Notes under the pieces: model-generated | Databases searched by the model: none | What the model was told of the DNA's origin: nothing | What the model saw: only the letters and a program-made list of their open reading frames with translations | From: Folioceros fuciformis | Lineage: Eukaryota | DNA: 64,000 nucleotides | Assembly (NCBI GenBank): GCA_049999805.1 | Contig: JBNGIO010005800.1 | Location: forward strand, 125,031 to 189,030 | Reading direction: 5' to 3' | Shown here: positions 51,495 to 64,000 of the stretch, piece by piece | How positions within the stretch are numbered: position 1 is the stretch's first letter | Layout: each line of letters begins with the position of its first letter | Program-made: the position numbers and the translations under genes

Positions 51495-52716
51495 GGAGCA
51501 GGAGGTAACATCAAGAATCTTAGGGTTGTTGCAAGAAGATATGAAAGAGAACCCTAATCTATTGAATATCTTGGTGCATAAGTTCTTCATTTTTATGTAG
51601 ACTTAGCTGGTGAGAGAAGATGGGGTTTATCAGAAGTGGAAGTAAATGAGGCAAGAGTGGAAGTGGATGAGGCAGGAGTCGAAGTTCAGGAGGCAAGAAG
51701 AAAGATACCAAGGCTAGGCTAGGGTTTAGGGTTTTCTCAATTACATAAATCAAGTGAAACTTTTACTGATACAATGAATAGATTCCTTTGGGTAACATTG
51801 ATCTCCTCCACCGCTATTATTGTAGGAGGCTTCCATGGAGTTTGACGAACAGCCAGGGAACTCCGGTTTGTGTAGGACCTGCTCATTTTCCGTGATGCAT
51901 GAGATTTGGAAGGAGAAGGAGCCTGGTGCAACTCTTCATATTCGCAATGCATACAGCATACTAGGATTCTCTGAAGGTCTTACAACCATATCAAAGGGCC
52001 GCCCCATGTAAATGGAGCGGACCGGTGCAAGGCAGTCAACGGAGGCTCGCCAGACTTGGCTGGATTGGGGATCGACTGCAACAGTAGTTTAGCGGTTGGC
52101 GGGGCGAGATAACAAGTTCTAACGGCAGGCGGTCAGTAGAGCCTGGGTATGGACAGTATTAATGGGTGAGAGTCCGGGGAATGGAACTTGGCGCTTGTGG
52201 GCGATGGGTGTAGATACGAAGTGATGTCAGCTGGACTTGAAAGGACGGCCTGTAGTTCTTCCTCTCCCTCCCCTTTAGCCACCCTCATTCTGCTTTTTTG
52301 CATTCTTGCTCTCTGGTCTCATGGCTCCCTTGTCCCCCCTGTGGCTTTCGTCTGTGTTTACTGGGATTCTTGCAAGGGCTTCTCTTATGCAAATGTTTGT
52401 GCATAACAGGGCCTCATACGCGAGCGCGTTGATTGTGCGTACATCTCCACAAGGCCCAGGTCCTAGACCTGCCGTTGACAAGAGTACTACAAGGCCACAT
52501 CAGCAAGTTCAATTGCTGTTATGCATGAGGTGAGCGGAATCCAAGGCTTGGAAGTGGCACACTACTACGGATCTTGCCACATCAGTCGCTCGAGGCGGCC
52601 ACTACATAAGCACGAACGCCATGGAAGCTTTAACATAGTACTCGTCATCGATCTGGATCCAAGCTCTCAAGTGGAGCTCTTCTGGTGTCACAAGGCAGTT
52701 TTCCAATCTGTCAAAC

Positions 52717-54289
52717 ATGGGCGGGAGGGGTCTCGGCCTGCTGCTGCTGCTAGCTTTGTGCAGCTCCACTCTGGTGGCTGGGGAGCGGCATGAGCTGGAG
52801 CTCGGGAAGCCTAGAGAGCTCTTCAGCACCGACGGTGGAAGTATCCACGTCTGGAGCGACATCCGGGCGCTGCAGGATGCCAGAGTCGTTGCCGCTCGAA
52901 TCACGCTCCGGGAGCGCGGCCTCGTCCTGCCCAAATACAGCGATTCCCCCTGCCTCGCTTATGTGGAGGACGGTGTGAAATTACTCATGGGGACCCAAAT
53001 CTCTTTCTTCGGCATAGATCTGATTCTATCTGTCAAAAGTGTGATCAAGCTTGCATACTCTTGCAGGTGAGGGAGTGTTCGGAATTCTTTCGGGGTACTC
53101 AATGGGAGAGGGCTCTGGGGTGCGCCGTGTGAGGCGTGGTGATGTGGTAGCCGTTCCTCGGGGAGTTGCCTCCTGGTGGTACAACACGGGCAGCAACAGC
53201 GAGCTCCGAATCATCGGTGTGGCCGACACATCCGCAGCATACAGCCGGGACCAAATCACTGTAAGTGCGACGACTGTAATGCGTTCCTTAGACCGAATCA
53301 GCTGGCATCTGCCCATGTCCGCTCCACATGCCTTCAAGTTGGCTCTCACAAATCTGATTCCGCGGATCCCAACTCTGCAGCCGTTCGACCTCGTGGGCGG
53401 CGAGAGGGGAGGGGAATTCGGCGGGATCCTGCACGGCTTCCAGCAGGGCTTCCTGGCAGAGGCTTGGGACATAGACGACAGCCAGGCGAAGCGTCTCCTG
53501 CAGAGCCAGCGTGGAGTGGGCATCGTTCAGGTGGATCGATCCCTGGAAATCCCGCACCACCTGCATCACTCCGACGTCCTGTTCCAACGGGAGGGCAGCC
53601 AGTTCCATCTGCGAGAACTGCTGGCCCACGGCGAGTTCGTCTACAACGTCCGGGAAGGTACGGCCGACGTCCGCGTCCAGGACGCTGGGTCCTACCACGT
53701 CGCGGACAGGTTCAAGCTCCCGGCTCTGAAGAACCTCAATCTGGGCCTGACGTTCACCCGGCTGGAGGCGGACGCGATCATGGCTCCGCACTGGGAGTCC
53801 ACCGGCCACGAGGTGATCCATATCCTCAGGGGAGACGGCGAGCTGTACATCGTGGGCCCCGCCGGCGAGTGCTTCGAGAGCGGCAGGCAGGTGCGGGAAG
53901 GCGAGGCGTTCCTTGTCCCCCGCTTCTACGCCGACGCCATCAAAGCTGGACGCCGTGGCCTCGAGTTCATCTCCTTCCACACTACCGACCAGTGAGTTAT
54001 ACGTTGTTGATGTTCAGAATCCTGCATCCACGGCCTTCGTTAGGGTCAGACTCTCTGGATTGTTCGCAGTCTTCCTAACAAGAAGAGATTGGGTTGTGTT
54101 GTATTGTGTTGAAGGCCCCTCATCGAGGCGCTCGCAGGGAGCACCTCCGCGCTAAGCAACATGCCCGAGGAAATTGCAGCCGCTGCCTTCAATGTGAAAC
54201 CGGATTTGATCCGCAGCGTCAGGGAAAGGCGACAACAGGGCGCGTTTCTGCTGGCTCCTCGACACCGCCGCTCCAGCTTCGTCTTCTAA
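52717..54289 (+). CDS. 11S globulin/legumin-like bicupin storage protein, copy 3 (intact, 4 exons)
   Basis: Exons 52717-52972, 53067-53260, 53381-53991 and 54115-54289. Signal peptide MGGRGLGLLLLLALCSSTLVA; both cupin motif sets; no stops; ends HRRSSFVF*. Confidence 0.9.
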
Positions 54290-54469
54290 GCTCCTTTGTT
54301 TACCTGAGAATGATCCGTGCTATCACCTAGGCCAGAGACTCAAATTCTTCCATTTGGAGAACACGGTTTTTCAAACATACAATGAATAAAGCCATATGAA
54401 ACGCAGTTTCGTGGTATAGTTGGAGAGTTTCTCCACTGTAACAAGGAGCACTTTGGTTTCACCTCCCTC

Positions 54470-55050
54470 CCTGGCTTGCTGCAATTCTTTCGCATGTTAG
54501 CAGAAGGTGAAGACTCCTCTGGAGAAAGGAAGGGAGCCAAAATCTGGCCGTTGGCCAACAGTTTGATGAGCTTGTATTCCAAATGTAGCAGCTTGGAACA
54601 TGCTCAGAGGGTGTTTGATGGAATTGTTCGCAAAGATGTGTTTGGTCACGATATACACACATAGCCGGCTATTCCCAGGTGGGCATGGGACGAGAGGCAC
54701 AGGCTTAGTTTGCACACTGTTATGCAAGAACTGGGCATCGCTGTTCTTCGTTCCGTAAGGATCTGATGACATGGATTGCACCACCTGGTCCAGGAGGATT
54801 AGTTCCAGCAGGGCATGGGCCAGGAAGCTCTCCCCGCCTGTACACAATGCGATGTAAGAAAAAGGCACGCCAGCTGTACCCATTCTGTGGCATTTGTAGG
54901 CCGGCATGAGCAAATGTGGCAGCATTGCACCTTGGAAGGAAGGTGCATGCGAAGATTGAAGACCAAGGGGCTTGGAAAACCATCTGATTGTAGCTGGCAG
55001 TTTGATAAAGATGCACGGAAATCGATGGGCCCGGCCCGGGCATGAAACAT
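54470..55050 (+). pseudogene. Decayed PLS-class PPR fragment
   Basis: LANSLMSLYSKCSSLEHAQRVFDGIVRKDV; KDLMTW..QQGMGQEAL; ANVAALHLGRKVHAKIEDQGL, in shifting frames. Confidence 0.75.
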
Positions 55051-55605
55051 GCCTAGCAGGTGTGCAGGCGAGGAGACGAAGCACCATCTCGTTGAGCCGC
55101 CCACGGTCTCCGTCACCATTGCGTTTGCAACCACTCAGGACAGCCTTCCAGCCCGCCACACCCTTCTGCAGTTTTGCTGTCTGCAATCTCAGCCTCATCC
55201 GACTGGTCTACCCGACCAAACACATAGATCAATCGTAGTGATGGTCCCTGGGCTCTATAACACGCTTACCCATCTTCATCCAGGAGTATCGCTGTCCTTC
55301 CTGCTCCAGGCCTACATGACTCCATGCCACCAAGACTCGCTCACCGGAAGAGGTTGAGACGTTTGTTCAGCTATGTATAATCATAATTATAATATATAAT
55401 TAGCGTATACAAGTGTCGAAGAGGTTAAAATGCACCCATGTTTGAAAAATTGAAAAACTCATTGAGAAAGGCATCCGAAAATGCGGGGTTAAGTGAAGGA
55501 GAGGAAGAATCTTCGTTGCAGGGTTTTATAGGGTCCAAGGGGTCCCTCCAGTGGCGGACGACGCTGAGCAGGGAGTTGGTTTGGTTGAGGTTCTGCGTTG
55601 CAGCC

Positions 55606-58600
55606 ATGGGGGAGCCGGTGGCGGAGGAGAGGGTCCACGCCTCGCTGATGCTCCCTCCCGAGATGTACCCTTCGGAAGAGGACTTTCTGTACGAGGAGGA
55701 GATTTTGAGAAACCCATTCACCCTGAAGCTCTGGTGGCGGTATCTACAGGCACGGAGGGAGGCTCCGTCCAAGAAGCGGGCTGTGCTGTTCGAGAGAGCG
55801 CTGAAGGCCCTGCCCGGCAGCTACAAGCTGTGGTATGCTTATTTGAGGGAGAGGATGGAGGCAGTGCGCGGGCTGCCTCCCACGCACCAGCAGTACGACG
55901 CACTGAACAACACCTTTGAAAGGGCTATGGTGACGATGCACAAAATGCCGCGCATTTGGGCTTTGTACCTTCAGATTTTGGTTGAGCAGAAGCTGGTCAC
56001 CCGGACCCGGCGGACGTTTGACAGGGCTTTGTGCTCGCTGCCTGTGACGCAGCATGACAGGATTTGGGAACCATATCTGAAATTTGCGAGCCAGCAGGGT
56101 GTGCCGATTGAGACGTCTCTGCGTGTATACAGGCGGTATTTGAAGTTCGACCCCAACCACGTGGAGGATTTCATAGAGTTTTTGGTGTCTGCCAAGCGGT
56201 GGCAGGAGGTGGCGGAGAAGTTGGCTCAGTGTTTGAATAACGAGACGTTTCAGTCTGTGAAAGGCAAGACCAGGCATCAGTTGTGGCTGGAGTTGTGCCA
56301 CTTGCTCACCACCCATGCGCAGGATGTTTTGGGCTTGCCGGTTGATGCTATCATTCGTGGTGGGATTCGCAAGTTCACTGACGAGGTAGGTCAGCTTTGG
56401 ACAGCTCTTGCCGACTATTACATCCGTAGAAGCTTTTTTGAGAAAGCCAGAGATGTGTATGAAGAGGGAATGATGACTGTAATAACTGTGAGAGACTTCA
56501 CTCTTATTTTTGATGCGTACACTCAATTTGAGGAGAGCATGCTAGCGGCTAGGATGGAGACAATGGATGGGGTGGATGAGGTAGAAGAGAGGACTGTGGT
56601 GGCATCGGAGGCAGACAAGGACATTGAAAATAAGGTGGAAAGTACTACCCAAAACGGGGGTGATTCTCTTCCTTCCATAAGTGCCAGGGCTGGTCTGAAA
56701 GCTCGATTTCAGAAATGGGAGCGTGATCTTTTGTCAAATTTCTGGTTGAAGGATGATGTCGATGTCGACTTAAGGCTTGCCAGGCTAGAACACTTGATGG
56801 ATCGCCGGCCAGAACTCGTTAGCAGTGTTCTCCTCAGGCAAAATCCACACAATGTGCATGAATGGCATAAGAGAGCGAAGCTTTTCAAAGATAACCCAGC
56901 CAAGCAGATCCTTACATTCACAGAAGCTGTGAAGACGGTGGACCCATTTAAAGCTGTGGGCAAGCCTCATACTCTATGGATGGCCTTTGCCCATTTGTAT
57001 GAAGCCCACAACGATCTTCAGAATGTAAGGGTGATTTTCGATAAGGCAGTGCAGGTTAACTACAAGACAGTTGATGATCTGGCCACCTTGTGGTGTGACT
57101 GGGCAGAAACTGAGCTGAGGCATAATAACTTCAAAGGTGCTCTGGAGCTGATGAGACGTGCAACTGCTGAGCCTAATGCTGCAGTGAAGAGGAAAGGTAA
57201 GCACTCCTGGGTAGCTAGTGGTCGTGAACATGAACGTGGACGTGAGTAGTGTATGTATTCTTGTGTAATATGCCTTGTGCTTTTCGGCTGCCTACAGTTG
57301 CTGCGGATGGTGAAGAGCCAGTTCAGATGAAGCTCTTCAGGTCTTTGAAGCTGTGGACATTTTACGTGGACCTAGAAGAGAGCCTTGGGACGTTGGAGTC
57401 CACTAGAGCGGTTTATGACAGAATATTAGATCTGCGGATTGCCACACCGCAAATCATCATCAATTATGCTTTGCTGCTCGAGGTTTGGTCCAATACTCTT
57501 TATTCATCACGTTCCCCTATTACCGAAGGCTGTCAATGGGACTTGAGCTGACAAACATTGTGTCCTTGAATCAGGAGCATAAGTATTTTGAAGATGCTTT
57601 TCGAGTTTATGAAAGGGGTGTGCAGGTATTCAAATACCCCCATGTTCGCGAGATTTGGGTCACATATTTGTCCAAGTTCACAAAGCGCTATGGTGGCAAG
57701 AAGCTAGAAAGGGCGCGTGATTTGTTTGAGCAGGCTCTTGAAAAGGTACAGTTCTTGTCTTGTGTGATCAAGTGGTTTAGGGTTTAGGGTGGGTGAAGTG
57801 CTACGAGCTAACCCTTTTCGTGACCTGTTCTCAGGTCCCTGCGGAGGATGCAAAATCTCTGTATCTGCAGTACGCAAAACTAGAAGAGGATTATGGTCTG
57901 GCTCGACATGCCATGACCGTATATGACCGGGCTACAAAGGCTGTCCCAGATACCGAGAAGATGAGCATCTACGAAATCTATATCTCAAGGGCAGCAGAGT
58001 TTTTAGGTGTGCCAAAGACGCGAGACATCTATGAGGTTTGACTACTTCCTTTTGGCCCACATTCGGTAATTTTGGAAACTGGCATCGCTTGAACTGCTGG
58101 TGATAAATGCGTAGGCAGAGCACTCGTTTCCTGGCTGGATGATGGATCTGATTTACCAGCAATTTTGCAGCAAGCCATTGAGTCAGGGCTACCGGACAAG
58201 GATGTAAAGATCATGTGCTTAAAGTATGCGGAGCTTGAGCAAAATCTTGGAGAAATAGATCGAGCTCGGGCCATTTACGTACATGCGTCACAGATGGCTG
58301 ATCCAAGGTCAGATTCAGAGTTCTGGAACAAGTGGAATGATTTTGAAGTGGCACATGGCAATGAGGACACGTTCAGAGAAATGCGGCGGATAAAGAGGAG
58401 TGTTACTGCCAGCTACAGTCAGGTTAGTCGTTTGGTTGGCAATATATTTGACGGAGCTTGCTACCCACCTCTGTTGCTGGTGACACGTTCGGAGTTTTTG
58501 CGCACAGTCTAATCGCCCCGTGTGGTTCATGAAACAGATGCACTTCATACTGCCGGAATATTTGATGCAAGCTGACCAAGGAAAGTCGACAAGAGAAGAA

Positions 58601-58924
58601 GCTGTGGATACTCTTAAGCGGGCTGGCGTTCCTGAAGATGAGATGGCGGTTCTAGAGAGGCAGATAGCGGCACAGAGCAACCCAAGGCGGCCTGGAGAGG
58701 GAACTCGTGTGATGGGCTTTGTGAGTAGTGGAGTAGAGACTGTTGGCCAGGCTGAACAACCGAAGGCGGTTGCGAACCCGGATGAGATTGCTCTAGAGGA
58801 CGAAAGCGAAGAGGAAGATGAGCCAAAGGTTGATGTGGCTGAAAAACCAGTTCCAGATGCCGTATATGGAGGTCTGGCTCCGATGGGAGCTCTGGAACGG
58901 CTAAAGAGGCAAAGACTGCAATAA
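55606..58924 (+). CDS. SYF1: Pre-mRNA splicing factor SYF1/XAB2 (HAT repeats), 6 exons
   Basis: Exons 55606-57196, 57298-57482, 57575-57745, 57835-58035, 58171-58422 and 58538-58924. Motifs [90 protein letters not shown]. Confidence 0.96.
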
Positions 58925-59911
58925 AATTCCCCGTGTTCATAAGCGAGGAAATCAAGCTGTATTTTGGTTACCCTGATTAAAGCAGAGCCTGCTTTGCATC
59001 CGTGCCGTGCACTTATTGCCTGTGCAACATGAGTAAGACCGGCGAAGACTTTGGTGGAGAGGAGAAAGACATGAATGATGTTTGACATGCTCTTGCCTTG
59101 TCCTTGCACGGCATGTCCCGAATGACGGGCCCAGGCATTGAATGGCTTGGGAGACTTCAGAATATGTTGAGTCAGGATGACTGGGCCACCAGATATTGAG
59201 CACAGAGAAACATTGCTTGGGTGAGCTTGAAATGGGCAAACAACCGTGTGCGATAGTATTCAACAGCTCCTGGAATCTTCAAGCTTGTGTTCCACGGAAA
59301 GGTAATAGTTTATTGGGTCACAACTCACCGACCAAGACCCAACACTGGGCTCACGTCGGAGAAAACTTTGTGGAGGTGTCTCAATTTCCTCTCCCAGTTG
59401 CCTCCGTGTGAACCACTCGAGTATGAAGCGGCCGAGTGGAAACTCCAGAGGTCATCTCGGGTAGAAGTTACAGGGAGTAGTCGGAGGGCATTACAGAGTC
59501 ATGCTGCTGTAGTTCGAGTCTGCGGGAACGGTCACATCTTGAGTCTCTCGGAAGAGAGCTTCGACGGTCTGAATTGTACTCTAGCTGGAAGTTTTCTTAT
59601 GACGGGAATCAACTCCATCGTGTAGTATATTCAAGAAAGGGACTGACTTGATTGCGGGGATGGTATGCAACACACTTCTGTACCGTAGCAGCGCTGCTCT
59701 CAGCGTACCGCTCGTGTGCCACCAACCCCAGCGCACCGTGCCGTCGGTATTATCTCTTCGTTCCTGGAGACAAACCGTGCTCTGGCAACTAGCTCTCTAT
59801 TCACCACGTTTAGTGTTCGTCCGTCCCTTGTCCCAGTTCGTTTTGCCCGGGAGAGCGAGCGTTTTTAAAACTGATCGGCATTGCAACCGGTTTAGTTGGG
59901 AGTGTATCACT

Positions 59912-60226
59912 GCGAGTTCACGTTTCCACAGGCCTGCGATGGGATCATCAGTCTGGCACACTGAGCAGAAAGTTTATCTGGCGAGCGCCCGTCTACGCAG
60001 GCCCGCGATGGGATTACCAGTGTGGCACACTGAGTAGAGGAGAGCTGACAGGGCGAGCGCTCGTTTCCGCAGGCGTGCGATGGGATCATTAGCGTGGCGC
60101 ACTGATTGAGCAGAGGAGACCTCATCGCGCGAGCGCACGTTTCCGCTGGCCTGCGATGGGATCATCAGTGTGGCACACTGGGCAGAGGAGAGCTCATCGG
60201 GCAAGCGCAGGTTTCCGCAAGCCTGC
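59912..60226. repeat. ~72-bp minisatellite (~4.4 copies) with internal inverted repeats
   Basis: Units start at 59912, 59981, 60053, 60129 and 60201: GCGAGCGCACGTTTCCGCAGGCCTGCGATGGGATCATCAGTGTGGCACACTGAGCAGAGGAGAGCTCATC. Confidence 0.9.
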
Positions 60227-61659
60227 TACATCTACAATTAAACCCTAACAAGGAAGGGGAAGTAAGGCCCACAGCTGCACATAGCAATTATGTCTCAGGC
60301 TCAGGCACTCAGCAAGACGTCACCGTGGAGCTCGAACAGAGAAGCAGCGGTCGCAGGTGTGGTCCCCGGGAAGGGAGAGGGATGCCGGCCGCCTGACGCG
60401 TCGAGATGAGCATCAGGCTTGGTGCGACACGAGCGGTACGGCGAGCAGGCGCGTTAATAGGCGCCTTACAGCCTCTCATAGACATTTAGGCGACAGGTAT
60501 GTACTTTGGGGGAGAATGAAAGCCACCTACCAGCCTCGTCTCCACTTCTGCAGTGCGTCTGGCACACATGTCAGTATCCCTCACAGCAAGAATCCTGCAC
60601 CCGGACCGCCACCAGCACCGTCCTGAGGAGTGATTGTCCCCACGCTCGAGCGGCATCAAGAGTGACGAGAAACCAGTGACAGCCTCCCAGGCAGTACATA
60701 TCGATGCAGCGCAGGACGGCCGTATCCATCACTGTTCATGATTCCTTGCTCTTGGCCCGCAGGTCATGTACACCTGCAGAGGCTGCAGGCAGCCAATACA
60801 AAATGCACATTGCCTTGCTCCTGTACAAATTGCAGAACGCACCCCCAGTACGTTCCATGCTGGCACAGGCGTCGCCTACTCACCCACACGAAGCACTGCA
60901 ACGTGGACTGCCCGGGCCCAGCTGACGTCTGTGTCGTGGGCCTTGACGTCCCACGCCCCGCTACAGAGTCTGGAAGGCTGGACACCCAGGTCTTTCTCCT
61001 CCCAAACCGCGTGGTCCCGGCCCAGCGCCGTGACCGGATCTACCCTGGGCCTCGCTCAGCACGTCGTCGCTCCCTTTAAAGGCTTGACACCGCAGAACCC
61101 GGCCCTCGCCGCCGAGAACTCGGAACCCTTGTTCAACACCGTTCCTCCAGCAGCTATTTGTCCGCAATGGTCCTCATCCTTGAAGGGTCACGGTCTCAGT
61201 TATATGTACGTACTTTCAGTTAAATCTCATGGAGAACATCTGCCAGTCCTCGAGCAGAAGATTGTAGATGTACATATGTTGGCAAGCAATGGGACAGAAA
61301 TTCCTCCACTGGTTTAACAAAAGAGCAGCACATCTCCCTTGGAAAACAAGGGGGAACGGCTTGCATGTGGTGAAGACCAAGGCTCGGCCCGCTCTCTACA
61401 ATGTTGGACGACTGCAAACAACCAAGCATGGAACCAACTTGATTTCATCCTGACAACTTCAGGTCGCCCCAGAAGATTTGTCGAAGGAATAAGTCAGCAA
61501 ATGTTGTCGATGGGTCTTTCCTCTTTGGTTTTCGATATGGATGACGATGTTGCACAAGCCTTGTTACCCATAGTATATGCTTCATATGATAAGGACAACA
61601 ATAGATACTTCTGTGCTACTAGCTGACGAAGACACTCTAGAGAAGAGGGGAATGACGGC

Positions 61660-62300
61660 AATTTTCACAGCAAGAGACTATGTGGCCAGGTACCCCTCTT
61701 GCTGGTGAGACGTCAGAGTTTTGAGCAGCCTCTTGACTTGCGTTTTGTATACGGAAGAGACAGACGAGCTGTAGACGGCCAGAATATGTTCGATGCAAGC
61801 CGACCGAGGGAAGTCGACAAGAGAAGAAGGCGTGGACACATGTAAGCACCCTGCTGTTCCTGAATGGAACATGTAGCTGTTGAGAGGGAGGTGGTGGCTA
61901 TACAGTCTAGAGCAACCCATGCCAGACGGCCTGGAGAAGGAACTCGGGTGACGGGCTTTTGAGTTGTGGTGTAGAGGCGGGTGGCCAAGCTGAACAGTTG
62001 AAGGGGGTTGCAAACCGGGATGAGATTGTTCGCTGGAAGATGAGGTGGAGAGGAGGATGAGCCAAAGGTCGATGTTCCAGATGCTGTGTGTGGAGTGGAG
62101 GCCCAGGCTGGCTCCAATGGCAATTCTGGAACCTATAAAGAAAACGATTTCAAAAAACATTTGTGTTGACTAGGCGAGGAGATCAGGCCTAGGCTATGCA
62201 ATTGGTGTTGTATCTTTGCAGCCATGCCGTGCACGACTTGCCTGCCTGTGAAAATGGGGTGCACCAGCAGACTTGGTGAGAGTGGAGAAGAGTATATTTC
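61660..62300 (+). pseudogene. Decayed duplicate of the SYF1 last intron, last exon and 3'UTR
   Basis: gatgcaagccgaccgagggaagtcgacaagagaagaag, cggcctggagaaggaactcgggtga and gatgagccaaaggtcgatgt match 58564-58840; ttgctggtgagacgt matches intron 5 (ttgctggtgacacgt); frameshifted. Confidence 0.85.
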
Positions 62301-64000
62301 GGATTCGACATGCTCTTGCGCTGTCCTTAGACGGCAGATCCGAGGAGAGGGGCCCAGGCCCAGGAAGTGTGGTGGTGGGATTCCTGAGAGTGAGTGAGTG
62401 AGGTTGGGGCGACTGAGAGTGAGTGAAGTTGGGGCGACCCCACCATGGTCTGGTTGGTGCAGCACACATTGAGCACGGGGAAACTTTGATTGAGTGCGCT
62501 TGGTCCCGTTTCCCACGTGAAATTGGGCTAAGCAGTATCACAGTGGCTAACATTCCTGCGAACCCCCGAGGTCCTATTTCACGAACTGGTCTTTGATTAT
62601 TGGCACCAACCGACGGGGCCCCAAGTATGCGGCAAATCTTTCGGGGTGTTTCAAATCCTTCTTCCCCTGGTGTTGCTTCTCTGCAGCTGAGTTTGAAGCG
62701 GAAGGAAGTCTTTACACTGGGCAGAAGTTGAGGAGAGCTTGTGCATCAACCGCCTGACATGGTGCTGCAGGTTGAGCTCGCGGTAGGAATGATCGTATGT
62801 CATCGGGAGAGTCTCTGGGAAGGGAGAATTAGAGGGTTTGAATTGTACTCCGACAGGAACAGTCTCAAGAGAAGGAAAGAGAGAGATGTACGTAAGCCAT
62901 CAACTCCGGCGTGTAGTACATGTAAGAAAGGGACTGAAAAGCTGTAATCGTCTGTTACATACTTCTCTGTGAGAATGAAAGCCACCTACAAGCCTCATCT
63001 CCATTTCTGTGGTGACGGCCCCTGGATCTGGCGCATATGTCAGTAATCCTACAAGGAACCATCCTGCACCAGCACCCGCACCAGCACCGTCCTGAGAGAA
63101 GTGATTGTCCCACCGTCCACACGGGAGCAATTGTCAGGAGAAAACAGTACACAGTGGGCAGCAGCAGCACAAGCAGCAGCCTCGCAGGCCACCACTGTGG
63201 GCGCTGTTCACATCGACGGAGGTGCATGGGCGGCTTTATACATCACTCCACGTCTTATCAGAGACGATTCCCTCTTGCATCCCGTTGCTCGATTCCTGCC
63301 GCAGCCTATGTGCATCATCGTACATAACATGTGTGCATACCACTAGTGTCCACATTGCACAAAACACACCCCTGTGATCCATGCTGCTGCATGCGTCACC
63401 TACTCACCTAGCAACTCGGACTCCCAGAGCCCACCCTGACGTCACCGTACCCCAAGACACAAGCTCTGCTGCGGCGCGCGCACAGTGTCATCACAGCGCG
63501 CCGTTTCTGCTCTGTCCCTTGCCCTTGACGCCCCAGACCGCTGCTGCAAACCCTAGGCAAACTTTCTTGTCTCCCAAACCGCGTTGGCCGGAAACCTCGG
63601 CACGTCGCCGTACCCCCGTCTGGTCCACGACCGGGACCCGGCCATGGCCGGAGCTGGGGTCAAGCTGCTTCCGGCAGCTTTCGATTTGCAGATCTTTCCG
63701 TCTTCTTTTTTCCCGCTTTGCCCCTACTTTTGTAGATTTTTTATCCGATGCCGTTTACTTTCCGGTATTCATTACCTTCCGACTGCATGTGCCCGGCAGC
63801 CTGAACCCCCTCGATCAACCGTGCATCTGTCCAGAACGAAAACACGTTCCCGCACATGCATCGCCCTTGGTACAGAGAAGTTAAGGCCAAGGCGACTGCA
63901 CCCGGGGTGACGACAGGACAAAACACCAAGCTATCCGGACAGCCTTGACACCCGCCAAAGAGCGGGAAAGAGCTCATCAGTCGACTGACCTACAGGATCC

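Noticed and set aside
59912-60226. CRISPR-like array
   Set aside because: Whole units are homologous with no unique spacers, no cas genes, and the context is eukaryotic.
60990-61150. RbcS transit-peptide-like VVAPFKGL
   Set aside because: No mature RbcS sequence follows and the match is too short.
61200-61470. LINE endonuclease-like fragment (NQLDFILT)
   Set aside because: A single short motif; insufficient to call.

Overview
Gene-dense plant nuclear DNA with short (~70-135 bp) spliceosomal introns and TTTAGGG motifs. The PPR C-terminal domain type (HAEKLA motif, no PG box, ends DRH/DGH/DSC) suggests a hornwort-like lineage with U-to-C organellar editing; this is an inference. Genes: GNA1; four PLS-class PPR genes with variant DYW:KP-like deaminase domains; two KDEL-ending L-gulonolactone oxidase-like genes; tRNA-Ser(AGA); a Harbinger/HARBI1-like protein lacking its first catalytic Asp; three 11S-globulin-like bicupin genes (two with a single premature stop) plus a remnant; Pol III subunit RPC10/C11; a SABATH methyltransferase; an AT-rich divergent PABP; and SYF1 with a decayed partial duplicate. 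Also present are a pogo-like transposon, LINE relics and tandem repeats. The most striking observation is three adjacent PPR-DYW:KP genes that each carry an N-terminal OSB-type PDF (WWDNR...PDF...W) single-stranded-DNA-binding motif, i.e. an ssDNA-binder/PPR/deaminase fusion.
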